A stretch of 42,123 bases of DNA from an uncultured Flavobacteriales bacterium (lineage in GTDB: Bacteria; Bacteroidota; Bacteroidia; AKYH767-A; 2013-40CM-41-45): NCBI GenBank assembly GCA_964355035.1, contig CAYHCU010000003.1, positions 1 through 42,123 on the forward strand, given 5' to 3'. A model generated the notes under the pieces. It was not told where the DNA came from and did not search any database. It was given only the letters and a program-made list of their open reading frames with translations. The stretch's first letter is position 1. Each line of letters opens with the position of its first letter. A program made the translations under genes and the position numbers. This document shows, one piece after another, positions 1 to 10,133 of the stretch.

Positions 1-125
1 ATCACTGGTTCATCCGGACGAAAATTCGTTGTTAACATAAAGAATGTAACAAGAAGGAAGGCCAGATCGACCATCGGTGTCATGTCCAGTGTTGGACTCT
101 TTTGGGGTACTTTTATTTTGGGCAT
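1..125 (-). CDS. exbD: ExbD/TolR family biopolymer transporter (N-terminal part; runs off the window)
   Basis: Not in the ORF track. Manual translation from ATG at 125 gives MPKIKVPQKSPTLDMTPMVDLAFLLVTFFMLTTNFRPDEPV, with the ExbD signature DMTPMVDLAFLLxxFFM. Lies directly downstream of exbB. Confidence 0.93.
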   Translation of the reverse strand, partial: MPKIKVPQKSPTLDMTPMVDLAFLLVTFFMLTTNFRPDEPV

Positions 126-180
126 CGGATAAGTAAAAAAATGAGACGTTTACCTAGCGCTTTCCACAAAGGAAAACGAA

Positions 181-996
181 TTAGTTTTTATTACGTGCCG
201 CAAACGACTGAACGATGCTATAACCCGCCTCATCAATTCCATAAGTAATGTTGTCGATGCGGCTTGTGAAGAGGTTGTAAAAAATGATGGCAACCGCTGA
301 AGTACCTACTCCAAGTGCTGTATTATTTAAAGCCTCCGAAATCCCTGTAGAAAGAGCTACAGCATCCGGCGCACCGGCTGTTGCCAAGGCTGCAAAGGCC
401 TTAATCATACCCATTACAGTTCCAAGAAGTCCCAATAAGGTAGAAATCGATGCTAGGGTAGAGATAATGACAAGGTTTTTTGAAAGCATTGGAAGCCCCA
501 GTGTTGTTGCTTCTTCTAATTCTTTTTGAATGGCAAGTATTTTGCGCTCTTTATCTAATTCTTTTTCAGATTCCATTTGACGATAAACATCGATTCCTGC
601 TGCAACTACATTTGCAATTGAACCACGCTGCTTCGCGCATTCTGCTTTTGCTGCATCTAAATCACCTTTCGCCATTGCTGTGCGAACTTTTTGAATAAAA
701 ACTTCTATACGACCGGTTCCTCTTGATTTACCTATGGTAATGAAACGCTCTATTGAAAAAGTGATCACGGTAATAAAGCAACCAATTAACACAGGAACAA
801 GAAATCCGCCTTTATACATTGTTGCCAATATGTGTCCGGGAAGAGGGTTTTTTTCGATATCACCGCTTTCGAAACGTGCCGGGTCGCCCATGACAAATTT
901 CCAAATCAAAATACCGATTAAGAGTGCAATTGGAAGTACAAGAATTGAAAATAAGGCTTGAATGCCATTTCCACCTTTTGATGATGAGTTGCTCAT
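181..996 (-). CDS. exbB: MotA/TolQ/ExbB proton channel family protein
   Basis: TM segments with STLLGLLGTVMGMIKAF and GISEALxNTALG motifs; followed by exbD. Confidence 0.93.
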   Translation of the reverse strand: MSNSSSKGGNGIQALFSILVLPIALLIGILIWKFVMGDPARFESGDIEKNPLPGHILATMYKGGFLVPVLIGCFITVITFSIERFITIGKSRGTGRIEVFIQKVRTAMAKGDLDAAKAECAKQRGSIANVVAAGIDVYRQMESEKELDKERKILAIQKELEEATTLGLPMLSKNLVIISTLASISTLLGLLGTVMGMIKAFAALATAGAPDAVALSTGISEALNNTALGVGTSAVAIIFYNLFTSRIDNITYGIDEAGYSIVQSFAARNKN

Positions 997-1359
997 GATT
1001 GTACTGTTAGTTATTAGTTATAGGAATGATTATAGACTCTTTAAAATATGTATTTCCACAAAAATTATTTAAGCGATAATTTTCCGGACGACAATAATAG
1101 GAAATTCTGCTTAATTCCAAAAACCTATACGGGCTATTTAACCGTAGGCTGACAATTAAATATTGTACTTGGTACTTTTGAATTACGCCAAACGAATTAT
1201 TGCCGCTTTTTATTCTTTAATTGAAGCCTCTCGCAGAATGACTTTTAGTTTTTTCCTTTGGCCCGACTCGGCATTAAACCTCCAATAAAATCAATAAAAC
1301 CCTCCACTTTTTAATTTTAATATATTAAACCTTAATTGTTTATAAAAACCAAGACCCTT

Positions 1360-2730
1360 TTATAGCAATCCGGTGATAAAACCGGGAACAACTCCAAGGA
1401 GCAAGGCCAGGATTCCGGCAATTACCAAAACAACCTTATATCCGACTGTAAAGTTCAACTCGCCATTATCTCCGTCTCTAAACATTGCAATAATTAAACG
1501 GAAATAAAAATAAACACCAATCAATGAGCCTAGAATTGCAATTAAGACTAGGGCTGTAAGATTGCTTTGCATAGCCGCTACAAAAATGTAGTATTTAGCA
1601 AAAAAACCGGCTGTTGGCGGAATTCCTGCAAGAGAAAGCATAGAAATAACCGTCATTACTGCCAAAAACGGACTTTTCTTTCCTAGCCCATAAAACGACT
1701 CTATTGAGTCATTTCCGGATGCACTACTTACTATTAGTAGAATTGTAAATGAAGCAATTGATGCAACAGAATAAGCGATCGCATAAAACAAAAGCGCAGA
1801 AGGGGCTGTAGCATTCATTGATACAATTGCTAAAAGCATATATCCTGCGTGTGCAATACTAGAATAAGCGAGCATGCGTTTCACATTCGTTTGGTAAACG
1901 GCGGTTATATTTCCAACCAAAATTGTTGCGGCAGAAATGATCATTAGTGTCGTGTGCCAAACATCAGACATTGCTCCGAAAGCATGGATAAACAATCTAA
2001 AGAATGCTGCAATGGCCGCTGTCTTTACAACGGTTGTCATAAAGGCTGTAATCACCGTAGGTGATCCTTGGTATACGTCGGGAGCCCAGAAATGGAAGGG
2101 TGCTGCAGACACTTTAAATGCCATGGCAATCATGATCAATAATATTCCGGCAAACAACATAACCGATGAGCCTAAGGTTCCTGTGGCTATTTGAGTTGAA
2201 ATTGCATCGATATTAAACGTTGCTGTCGCTCCATAAACCAATGTGATTCCAAATAATAAAAAGCCTGTTGCAAAAGCACCCATTAAAAAATATTTTAATG
2301 CTGCTTCATTAGATGCGAGATTTTTTTTGTTGCTTCCTGCTAATATATACATTGAAATAGACAATATTTCTATTCCAAGAAATAGCATAATCATATTATT
2401 AAAAGACGTCATTAACACTGCGCCGGTTAGCGCAAAAAGAATTAATGAGAAATGGTCGCTCTTGCTACTTTCGTCAATAAAAAATTTTGGAGAAATAATA
2501 AACCATAAAAACGAAACACAAATCAATACTGCGCTAAAGGCCAACGAATAATTATCCACCTTCATCATATTATTGAAATATGAAACATTGGTGTTCCAAT
2601 CCATAACCGTAGTTGCCATTGCCACAGCCAGTCCTAAAAAAACAACAGGCAACAAAGCCTTTTTGAATTTAAAGATTTCCGAAAACAAACCGAAAATTCC
2701 AATTCCGGCTAAAACTAAGAGCGTATTCAA
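1360..2730 (-). CDS. nuoN: NADH-quinone oxidoreductase subunit N (TTG start)
   Basis: EAALKYFLMGA, FKVSAAPFHFWAPDVYQGSP and KRMLAYSSIAHAGY motifs; third gene of the L-M-N block. Confidence 0.95.
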   Translation of the reverse strand: MNTLLVLAGIGIFGLFSEIFKFKKALLPVVFLGLAVAMATTVMDWNTNVSYFNNMMKVDNYSLAFSAVLICVSFLWFIISPKFFIDESSKSDHFSLILFALTGAVLMTSFNNMIMLFLGIEILSISMYILAGSNKKNLASNEAALKYFLMGAFATGFLLFGITLVYGATATFNIDAISTQIATGTLGSSVMLFAGILLIMIAMAFKVSAAPFHFWAPDVYQGSPTVITAFMTTVVKTAAIAAFFRLFIHAFGAMSDVWHTTLMIISAATILVGNITAVYQTNVKRMLAYSSIAHAGYMLLAIVSMNATAPSALLFYAIAYSVASIASFTILLIVSSASGNDSIESFYGLGKKSPFLAVMTVISMLSLAGIPPTAGFFAKYYIFVAAMQSNLTALVLIAILGSLIGVYFYFRLIIAMFRDGDNGELNFTVGYKVVLVIAGILALLLGVVPGFITGLL

Positions 2731-2742
2731 GTTTCTGTTTTT

Positions 2743-4200
2743 TTATTTCAATGATGTCGCTGTTTGAAACGAAAGCTTCAAGGCTTCAACAGCCGGACCC
2801 GCAATTTCAAGCAACGGTTTAGGATAAATTCCAATCCAGAATATCATAATGACAATCGGGATTAATACTGCTTTTTCTGTCGGTGTAATTGAAGCAAACG
2901 TTTTTGTAATTGCCTTTACTTCGCCGAAAGATATTTTTTTGTATGCGTTCAACATATAAACTGCACCCAGAATAATTGTTAGTCCGGCAAACGCTGCCAT
3001 TATGTGGTTGTATTGAAACACTCCGTTAATCAATAAGAATTCCCCTATGAAACCATTTGTAAACGGTAAAGCAATAGAGGCTAACATAATAATCATAAAG
3101 TATGTCACAAAACCAGGTGCGCTTGTTCTCAGTCCACCTAAATCATTCAACTGTCGTGTTCCTGTTCTCTGCTCAATCATATCAGCAATAAAAAATAAAC
3201 CGACAACATTAATACCGTGCGATAACATTTGAATTACGCTTCCGTGTAAACCTTGAAACGTTAAACTGAAAACGCCGGCAGAGATTAATCCAACGTGAGC
3301 AATAGAAGAATAAGCGATCAACCGTTTAAAGTCTTTTTGAACCCAGGCAATACATGAAGCGTAAACCACACCGATGATTGACAATATCATTACAAGATTT
3401 CCCCAATCAGCAACGCCTTGTGGAACAATTGGTAAAAGCCACCGAATGACTCCGAAAATACCCATCTTTAACATTATACCGGAAAGCAACATGGTTCCCG
3501 GAGCAGGAGCGTCGACATACGTATCGGGCTGCCAAGTGTGAAAAGGGAACACCGGCATTTTAATGGCAAAAGCAAGAAACAGTCCCCAGAAAACCCAGCT
3601 CTGTGCTTGGGAAGACAAGTTCAGTGCATATAGCGCCTGAAGATCGAAAGTGTGTGTTCCCGGAGTTTGTAACCATAGATAGATTAAAGCAACAAGCATC
3701 AGCAAACTTCCTGTTAGCGTGTATATGAAAAACTTCAGCGTAATGCGTAAACGATCTTTACCGCCATACATTAAACAAATAAGATAGATTGGTATTAATG
3801 CCAATTCCCAGAATATATAAAATAAAAATCCGTCGTACGCACAGAAAACTCCCACCAATGCAAACTGCATGGCAAGAATTAAACTATAAAATAATGCGGG
3901 TGATTTATATTTATGACTAAAAGAAGACAATATAATTAAGGGAATTAAAAATGTCGTAAGCATAACCAACAACAAAGCGATTCCATCTAGCCCGACATGA
4001 TAGTTTATTCCCAATTGAGAAATCCAGGAAATGTTTTGAACGAATTGTATGCCGCCGGCGGGATCAAAACGAAAGAAAAAGCATAACGAGTATGCAAATT
4101 CTGCAATCGCTGCAGCAACTGCAACTTTTTTAGCCTGCTCTCCCGAGAAAGCTGTAACAAGTGCCGCTAAGAGCGGAAAGAATATCAGTAATGATAACAT
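2743..4200 (-). CDS. nuoM: NADH-quinone oxidoreductase subunit M
   Basis: FYIFWE, AFAIKMPVFPFHTWQPD, LKMG, KRLIAYSSIAHVG and LPFTNGFIGEF motifs. Confidence 0.95.
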   Translation of the reverse strand: MLSLLIFFPLLAALVTAFSGEQAKKVAVAAAIAEFAYSLCFFFRFDPAGGIQFVQNISWISQLGINYHVGLDGIALLLVMLTTFLIPLIILSSFSHKYKSPALFYSLILAMQFALVGVFCAYDGFLFYIFWELALIPIYLICLMYGGKDRLRITLKFFIYTLTGSLLMLVALIYLWLQTPGTHTFDLQALYALNLSSQAQSWVFWGLFLAFAIKMPVFPFHTWQPDTYVDAPAPGTMLLSGIMLKMGIFGVIRWLLPIVPQGVADWGNLVMILSIIGVVYASCIAWVQKDFKRLIAYSSIAHVGLISAGVFSLTFQGLHGSVIQMLSHGINVVGLFFIADMIEQRTGTRQLNDLGGLRTSAPGFVTYFMIIMLASIALPFTNGFIGEFLLINGVFQYNHIMAAFAGLTIILGAVYMLNAYKKISFGEVKAITKTFASITPTEKAVLIPIVIMIFWIGIYPKPLLEIAGPAVEALKLSFQTATSLK

Positions 4201-4242
4201 TGTTGCCTGTTCTGAATCAAATTAATTTGTTCAGAAATATAC

Positions 4243-6135
4243 TTATAGTACTAGATTAAACAATAAGATTGCAATGATGCCAAAAACCATTGCGAAGATG
4301 TAGAAACCAACGCTACCGTTTTGTAGCAAGCGCAATGTTTTTGAACCACCCACAACTCCTTTATTAACGGAACTCACAAGCCCATCAATTATTCGGACGT
4401 CTACTATTTTATAGAACATTTCGCTTATCCAATTCAATGGCCGTACAATAATAAAATCGTACAGTTCATCGATATAGAATTTGTTATAAGAAGCTCTTGC
4501 AAAAAACGATAGTCTGCTTTCTTCTGAAACAGGAACCCCTTTTGCAGACGAATATAATTTGCTTGTGATGAAGAATATAATAACCAGCACTGCTGTTGCC
4601 CCAATCATCAGCGACCATTCAAAATTATGTGATGCTCCGGAATTAATAAGCGATGTTGGAAACGTAAGAATTGGTTCTAAAAAACGATTGAATGAATGAT
4701 GTTCTGAGAACACTTCCGGTAAACCAAGGAAACCGCCAACTGCAGATAAAATTGCTAATATTACCAATGGAATCGTCATTGATTTTGGCGACTCGTGAAG
4801 ATGGTGTTCTTGTTGATGCGTTCCTCTGAACGAACCATGAAACGTAAGAAAGAACAACCGCAACATATACACCGATGTTAAAATTGTAGTAAGTGCGAGT
4901 ACTCCAAAAACAGCTTTGTTTTGAACCCACACTTTAGCTAAAATTTCATCTTTTGAAAAGAAACCCGCAAAAGGAGGGAAGCCAATTATTGCCAATGTTC
5001 CGATTAAAAACACATAATAAGTAATCGGTAATTTCTTTTTCAAGTCGCCCATTTTACGAATGTCTTGTTCGCCACTCATTGCATGAATAACACTTCCTGC
5101 CGCAAGGAATAATAGAGCTTTGAAAAACGCATGTGTTGTAACGTGAAACAACGCTGTTGAATAAGCGCCAACACCAAGGGCAACAAACATATACCCTAAT
5201 TGTGAAACAGTAGAGTAGGCTAATACTTTTTTAATATCTGTCTGAGTAATTGCAATTGCAGCTGCAAAAATTGCTGTTGCTGCGCCTACAATTGTAATTA
5301 CTGAAAGCGTAAAAGGAGCAATAGAGTACAATACATTTGAACGAATAACCATATAAATACCCGCTGTAACCATTGTTGCTGCGTGGATTAATGCCGAAAC
5401 AGGGGTTGGTCCTGCCATTGCATCAGGCAACCATGTATAAAGGGGTATTTGTGCACTTTTTCCCATTGCACCAACAAATAAAAGCAGAGTAATGGCAATA
5501 ATCACAGGCTGATTATTCGGAAAAGCGCCTGCAGACGGGAATATAACATCAAAAGACGTTGTACCAAATGTTATATATATGAGAATAATACCCAAAAGGA
5601 AGCCTAGATCACCTATCCTGTTCATAATAAAAGCCTTACTTGCCGCTTTATTATATTCCGGATTTTTAAACCAAAAGCCAATTAATAAATAAGAACACAA
5701 TCCAACTCCTTCCCAACCCGTGAAAAGCACAATATAATTTGAGCCCATCACCAGAAGAATCATAAAGAAGATGAAAAGGTTTAGGTATGAAAAGAAGCGA
5801 GAGAAATCTTCGTCGTCTTTCATATAACCAATCGAATACACGTGAATTAAAAAACCAACTCCTGTTATTATCAGAAGCATAATTAAGCTTAGTTGATCCA
5901 CCATAAACGAAAACGGAATAGAAAGCGAACCGGAAGAAATCCAATCAAAACAATCTAGCGTAACCGGTTGTCCGCTGAATTGAAAGAAGCACATAACCGT
6001 TAATACAAAGGAGGCAAACACCATTAAAGAAGCAATGGTTCCACTGATAGATTTAGGCAATTTTTTTCCTCCAAGGCCTGTTATTAAAAACCCAACAAGA
6101 GGAAAGATCGGAATAAGCCACGCTAACTTAATCAT
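4243..6135 (-). CDS. nuoL: NADH-quinone oxidoreductase subunit L
   Basis: GWEGVGLCSYLLIGFW, GKSAQIPLYTWLPDAMAGPTPVSALIHAATMV, HAFFKALLFL and a long C-terminal amphipathic helix region. Confidence 0.96.
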   Translation of the reverse strand: MIKLAWLIPIFPLVGFLITGLGGKKLPKSISGTIASLMVFASFVLTVMCFFQFSGQPVTLDCFDWISSGSLSIPFSFMVDQLSLIMLLIITGVGFLIHVYSIGYMKDDEDFSRFFSYLNLFIFFMILLVMGSNYIVLFTGWEGVGLCSYLLIGFWFKNPEYNKAASKAFIMNRIGDLGFLLGIILIYITFGTTSFDVIFPSAGAFPNNQPVIIAITLLLFVGAMGKSAQIPLYTWLPDAMAGPTPVSALIHAATMVTAGIYMVIRSNVLYSIAPFTLSVITIVGAATAIFAAAIAITQTDIKKVLAYSTVSQLGYMFVALGVGAYSTALFHVTTHAFFKALLFLAAGSVIHAMSGEQDIRKMGDLKKKLPITYYVFLIGTLAIIGFPPFAGFFSKDEILAKVWVQNKAVFGVLALTTILTSVYMLRLFFLTFHGSFRGTHQQEHHLHESPKSMTIPLVILAILSAVGGFLGLPEVFSEHHSFNRFLEPILTFPTSLINSGASHNFEWSLMIGATAVLVIIFFITSKLYSSAKGVPVSEESRLSFFARASYNKFYIDELYDFIIVRPLNWISEMFYKIVDVRIIDGLVSSVNKGVVGGSKTLRLLQNGSVGFYIFAMVFGIIAILLFNLVL

Positions 6136-6210
6136 GCGTTTTGTTTTCTTTAATAATTAATAAAAAACTTTTCTTTCTAAGTAAAAACTAGAAAGATCTC
6201 GTTAAGCGGG

Positions 6211-6240
6211 CAAAAGTATAATTTATTAGGAAATCAACAA
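6211..6240 (-). promoter_or_regulatory. Bacteroidota sigma-A type promoter for nuoLMN
   Basis: The minus strand reads TTG (6240-6238) - 19 nt - TACTTTTG (6218-6211), matching the -33/-7 consensus TTG-N19-TAnnTTTG, 75 nt upstream of the nuoL ATG. Confidence 0.7.
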
Positions 6241-6350
6241 TGACCACATGGGTTGATTAGCCTAAATAATAGAAAAAAGAGCAATTATATGATATCAATC
6301 ATTTATCTGATAGACTTTTCTTAGGTGTATTATAGAATTATAAGCAAAAT

Positions 6351-6378
6351 AAAAAAAACCACCTTTGAAGAAGGTTTA
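6351..6378 (-). terminator. Probable intrinsic terminator downstream of the 82-aa gene
   Basis: Minus strand ACCTT-CTTCA-AAGGT-GG followed by T8. The stem is short. Confidence 0.4.
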
Positions 6379-6387
6379 AAGACCCGT

Positions 6388-6636
6388 CTATAATTGACTT
6401 TTCGCAGTACTCTTTGTGCTTTTTGCTTTTTGTGCTTTTTGAAAAACGCTTTTGCGGTCTTCGGCATTTGTCGTAAGGCTGACTTTTTCGGTTGCATAAA
6501 CCGAATAGCCGCCGTCTTTATACTCAGACATGAAAACATCAAGGTCGATATTGTTTTCGACTGCTAGCTTTTCAATTTTTCGAAAATGTTCTCCGATTTG
6601 ATTGAGCTCTTTTTTCTCTTCTTTAGACAAGGACAT
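6388..6636 (-). CDS. Small hypothetical protein (82 aa, charged, Lys-rich tail)
   Basis: ATG start, its own TAAATTTG -7 box at 6667-6660 and a downstream terminator-like hairpin. No recognisable family. Confidence 0.65.
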   Translation of the reverse strand: MSLSKEEKKELNQIGEHFRKIEKLAVENNIDLDVFMSEYKDGGYSVYATEKVSLTTNAEDRKSVFQKAQKAKSTKSTAKSQL

Positions 6637-6748
6637 AATGTGGGTATTAAATAATTCATCAAATTTAACACAATATTGAAGTCTAAAGTTACGCGCTAAT
6701 TTTAAACAAACCTTGGGTTATGAACGAAGAATGTTAATAACACATTTT

Positions 6749-7264
6749 TCAATTATGCTTAACTAAAAAATGACAGTTGGCGCTAAGTCTTCGTATACCT
6801 GTTGCGCTATCCATATACTTTGATGAAAACGTTCCTTCTACCTCTCCGCTTTTTTCATCAATGCGAATGATGTTGATGGTTGCTTCGTCTGCTTCGTCTT
6901 GTATTTCATAAATATCTTTGTCGACAGCCGGGTTTTTTCCGAAAATCTCTATTGTAAATTTTTGATGCGCTCCAAGGTCTCCGTCTTTATCTAGCTTTAT
7001 TTTTTTTGTTCCTTTCAAAAGGGGAACTTCACAAGAAACCGCTAGGTTCCTTTCGCCCGCTTTTCCAACCAGAGAAAACGAAATATAGCCTCCATCTTTG
7101 TCAACCTTTAAACACTCTTCTGAACACTTCAAATTTGTGATAACCCCCGCTTTGAAGTTTTCTCCTCGCATTGTAAATACATTCAGGTCTCCTTTTACAG
7201 ATTGTGCGTTTAGGCGTAGCAAGAGCACTAAACAGAAAAATCCGATTGTTTTTATTTCCTTCAT
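6749..7264 (-). CDS. Exported hypothetical protein (start reassigned to MKEIKTIGFF)
   Basis: Signal peptide MKEIKTIGFFCLVLLLRLNA|Q and a beta-rich body. The ORF-track start at 7309 overlaps the upstream gene. Confidence 0.7.
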   Translation of the reverse strand: MKEIKTIGFFCLVLLLRLNAQSVKGDLNVFTMRGENFKAGVITNLKCSEECLKVDKDGGYISFSLVGKAGERNLAVSCEVPLLKGTKKIKLDKDGDLGAHQKFTIEIFGKNPAVDKDIYEIQDEADEATINIIRIDEKSGEVEGTFSSKYMDSATGIRRLSANCHFLVKHN

Positions 7265-7289
7265 AAAACTATTTATTTCTTTTATAAAA

Positions 7290-7988
7290 CTAGTACAATC
7301 CCAGCTCAATTCCTACTATTATCCGCGGAAGTTCGGGAAGTTTAGCCTTTTCTTTAAACAAATTCGATATTCGATAGGTTGCCCACACACTTAATCTACT
7401 TAATCCCATTCTCACAAAAGCATCGGCATGAAAATAATTTGCATAGTTAAGATGATTTACCTTAACTGTTGCGTCTCCATAGCCTACGTTATATTTATAA
7501 ACTTCTTTTGTTGAAAATGCCGCTCTTCCGGTCAAACCAAGGTCAAGATAATAGCCCATATAATTTCCCCGCTGTGGATCCAAATTAAGACGATTAAAAA
7601 CCCCAACGCCCAAAGAAGTTACATCTATACGTTGGGTGTCATAATATTTTCCGGCAGAAAATATTTTTGTTGAGTCTTGCTTTAATTTATAGTCGGTGAA
7701 TTCTATTTGAATTTCCCAACCCAATGAATAAAGAGAACTAACCTTAAATTTCTTTCTAACACCAAATCCACAACTAACAGAACCACCATACTTAATTCTT
7801 GCGCCTTCTTCATCAGGTGGAATTACAAAACCGAACTTAATAAATGCTTGAGTAAACTTTTTTTGGTTCGGGCCCCGATCATAGACGCGCTCGTTTGTTC
7901 TATCTACATTTAATAAAACCGTCTGCGCGCTATTTTGAAGTGAATAAAAAAATAAGGCAATCACAAAGAGCAGTTTAATTTTAAGCAT
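7290..7988 (-). CDS. Outer-membrane beta-barrel protein (PorT/porin-like; start reassigned to MLKIKLL)
   Basis: Signal peptide ending NSA|Q, alternating aromatic/hydrophobic beta strands and a C-terminal IIVGIELGLY barrel signal. Confidence 0.7.
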   Translation of the reverse strand: MLKIKLLFVIALFFYSLQNSAQTVLLNVDRTNERVYDRGPNQKKFTQAFIKFGFVIPPDEEGARIKYGGSVSCGFGVRKKFKVSSLYSLGWEIQIEFTDYKLKQDSTKIFSAGKYYDTQRIDVTSLGVGVFNRLNLDPQRGNYMGYYLDLGLTGRAAFSTKEVYKYNVGYGDATVKVNHLNYANYFHADAFVRMGLSRLSVWATYRISNLFKEKAKLPELPRIIVGIELGLY

Positions 7989-7992
7989 TTGA

Positions 7993-9606
7993 TTATTTTT
8001 TTTCTTCGGATTGAACTTCAGGAAAATCAAGGGTGTTGGTGTATCCCTCAAAGTGAATGGTAATTTGATCGCCGGCAGTAAAATCTTCTGCTTGAAGATT
8101 CAGCATTTCTTTCTTGTCTGCTAAATATACGGTATAAGACTTAATTAATCCTTCTTTACTTTCTATTTTATAATAAAGGTTTCTTCTTGATTCGTATCCC
8201 ATTGTTATTTCTTCGCTGAAGTAAGAATATTTCTCCCGTAAAACAACTTTTATCTGATCGTTTACTATAACAAAATCAAATGTTGGTTCAACATTGTAGG
8301 TTGGGTTGATAAAATATTTGGCTTGTGGAATTCCATATCCGTGAGCGTAATCAAAATAGGGATAAAGGTGTCCGCTTTTCTCAATTTCTCTAAACAATTG
8401 CATGTTTGTTAATTCGCGACGCTTCTGCCAAGCGCATGCAGCAAAGCCCGCTACGAGTGGCGTTGAAAAGGAGGTTCCGTAAGCATTCACAAGGCCATTT
8501 ACTACTGCACACGTTACATGTCCGGGTGCGGTAACGTTCGGTTTCAATCTGCCATCACTGGTTGGACCAAATGAACTAAACTGAATGTGAAAATCTGTTT
8601 CCGGATCTGTTCCACCAACAGTAAGAACACTGTCGGCGTCTCCGGGTGTATCAATAAAATGCCAATTATTCCGCGCTTCATTGCCGGCAGCGTTGATCAC
8701 TAAAATTCCTTTGGCTGCCGCAATAGTTGCGGCTCTTGCCACCAAACTTCGGTGACCATTCATTTCTGAATTAAAATATCTTTGATTGGTGTACCCCAAC
8801 GAACTGCTGATAATATTTGCTCCGTTTCTATCTGCCCATTCTGCTGCAGCCAACCAATATTCTTCTTCCGAATATGTTTCACGAGAAACCCTTTCTGTTC
8901 TTGCCAGTAAAATTTCCGCTCCGACAGCAAGGCCAATTTTAACAGAATCTAATTCTCCAACAATGCACGAAAGAGTTGCTGTGCCATGCCAGTGACCAAC
9001 AAATACGTTTTCGTTCTTCTTTGTAAAATCGTAGGTAGCTATGATTCTTTTTTCATTCCGTAATTTTTTAAAGGCATAATTCTCATCTGCCCCTTTGAAA
9101 CCGGCATCAAAAACGGCAATCCTGATTCCCTTTCCTGTAATTCCATCCGAGGCAAAATCCTTTCCGCCCAATCGATCTGTTTGATAATGTAACAACGATA
9201 AATCAAATTTATTCAGGTCATAAGATCCGTTCTCTTCAAAGGCTAAAACAGTTTCATTGTTCATTTTTTCAATCGATGCGACGAATTGAAATTGTCGAAT
9301 TTTAAAAATATTCTCCGCTGAAGAATACACAGCAACACCATTCAACCAACGACTGGTATAGCTTAGTGAATCACAATAAATAGATATCGTTTTGCAATAA
9401 TTTTTGTTTACGGGAAAATCAAGTGTGTCATATAACGATAGTCCTAAAACTTGTCGTTGATCAATTGTTCTTTGCGAAAAATAATCAAGCGGATCGAAAA
9501 TAACATTGCCTTTATCAGTAAAGCTAATCCAATATTTTTCTGCTATACAATTAAGCGATTGAAAAAAGAAAACAATCAAAAGAATGCGTCTCAATCGATT
9601 TTGCAT
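7993..9606 (-). CDS. S8 family (subtilisin-like) serine peptidase, exported
   Basis: Catalytic triad motifs IAVFDAGF, HGTATLS and GTSFSTP, oxyanion AAGN, a signal peptide and a pro-domain. Confidence 0.92.
   Translation of the reverse strand: MQNRLRRILLIVFFFQSLNCIAEKYWISFTDKGNVIFDPLDYFSQRTIDQRQVLGLSLYDTLDFPVNKNYCKTISIYCDSLSYTSRWLNGVAVYSSAENIFKIRQFQFVASIEKMNNETVLAFEENGSYDLNKFDLSLLHYQTDRLGGKDFASDGITGKGIRIAVFDAGFKGADENYAFKKLRNEKRIIATYDFTKKNENVFVGHWHGTATLSCIVGELDSVKIGLAVGAEILLARTERVSRETYSEEEYWLAAAEWADRNGANIISSSLGYTNQRYFNSEMNGHRSLVARAATIAAAKGILVINAAGNEARNNWHFIDTPGDADSVLTVGGTDPETDFHIQFSSFGPTSDGRLKPNVTAPGHVTCAVVNGLVNAYGTSFSTPLVAGFAACAWQKRRELTNMQLFREIEKSGHLYPYFDYAHGYGIPQAKYFINPTYNVEPTFDFVIVNDQIKVVLREKYSYFSEEITMGYESRRNLYYKIESKEGLIKSYTVYLADKKEMLNLQAEDFTAGDQITIHFEGYTNTLDFPEVQSEEKK
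8875..8890. other. parS-like site (inside the S8 gene)
   Basis: TGTTTCACGAGAAACC, 14/16 match to TGTTTCACGTGAAACA. Confidence 0.45.
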
Positions 9607-9609
9607 TGG

Positions 9610-10113
9610 TTATTTGCTTTCCGGAAAAACCTTAGACCATTTTAAAATATTTACAACTCTTGTACCTTCTTCATACGTATCGCCAAATTTAAAGCGGAGG
9701 TAATCGTCCGGAAAGTCGTAAGTGTATTCCATCTCGTGGTTCTTACTTATAATGGCCTTGGTTTTTGAATACTGTTGAATTTCCGGGAAATAATTTTTAT
9801 ACAAATACACTCCTTTAACATCGGTTGGTAAAAATTGCACATCGTACGACTCTCCTGTCAAATTGTATGAATCGTATTCTTTGCCTTTCTTAATAATTGC
9901 AACCTTTGCAGCTTTCGGGTATTTCCTTTCGTCATACATCGTGTCGTAGCGATAAAACTCCTGCGTGGTAGACACATTCCAAAGGCCTTCGATAGGATCA
10001 AGGCTATCTTTATTCGTTATTAAATAAGCACGGAACGACTCTTCCGAATGGAGCGTTTGTCCTTTCGATTGAAAGGAAATGAACAGCAGAACTGCAAGTA
10101 GTAATTTTTTCAC
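9610..10113 (-). CDS. Exported hypothetical protein (GTG start)
   Basis: Signal peptide MKKLLLAVLLFISFQSKG|Q and an LDPIEGLW motif; tightly packed in the operon. Confidence 0.75.
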   Translation of the reverse strand: MKKLLLAVLLFISFQSKGQTLHSEESFRAYLITNKDSLDPIEGLWNVSTTQEFYRYDTMYDERKYPKAAKVAIIKKGKEYDSYNLTGESYDVQFLPTDVKGVYLYKNYFPEIQQYSKTKAIISKNHEMEYTYDFPDDYLRFKFGDTYEEGTRVVNILKWSKVFPESK

Positions 10114-10133
10114 GAATTCAAAAATACGTTTTT

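Noticed and set aside
1360-6135. Mrp antiporter or DabB inorganic-carbon pump instead of Nuo
   Set aside because: The L-M-N order, sizes and motifs match complex I, and there are no MrpB/C/E/F/G or DabA genes.
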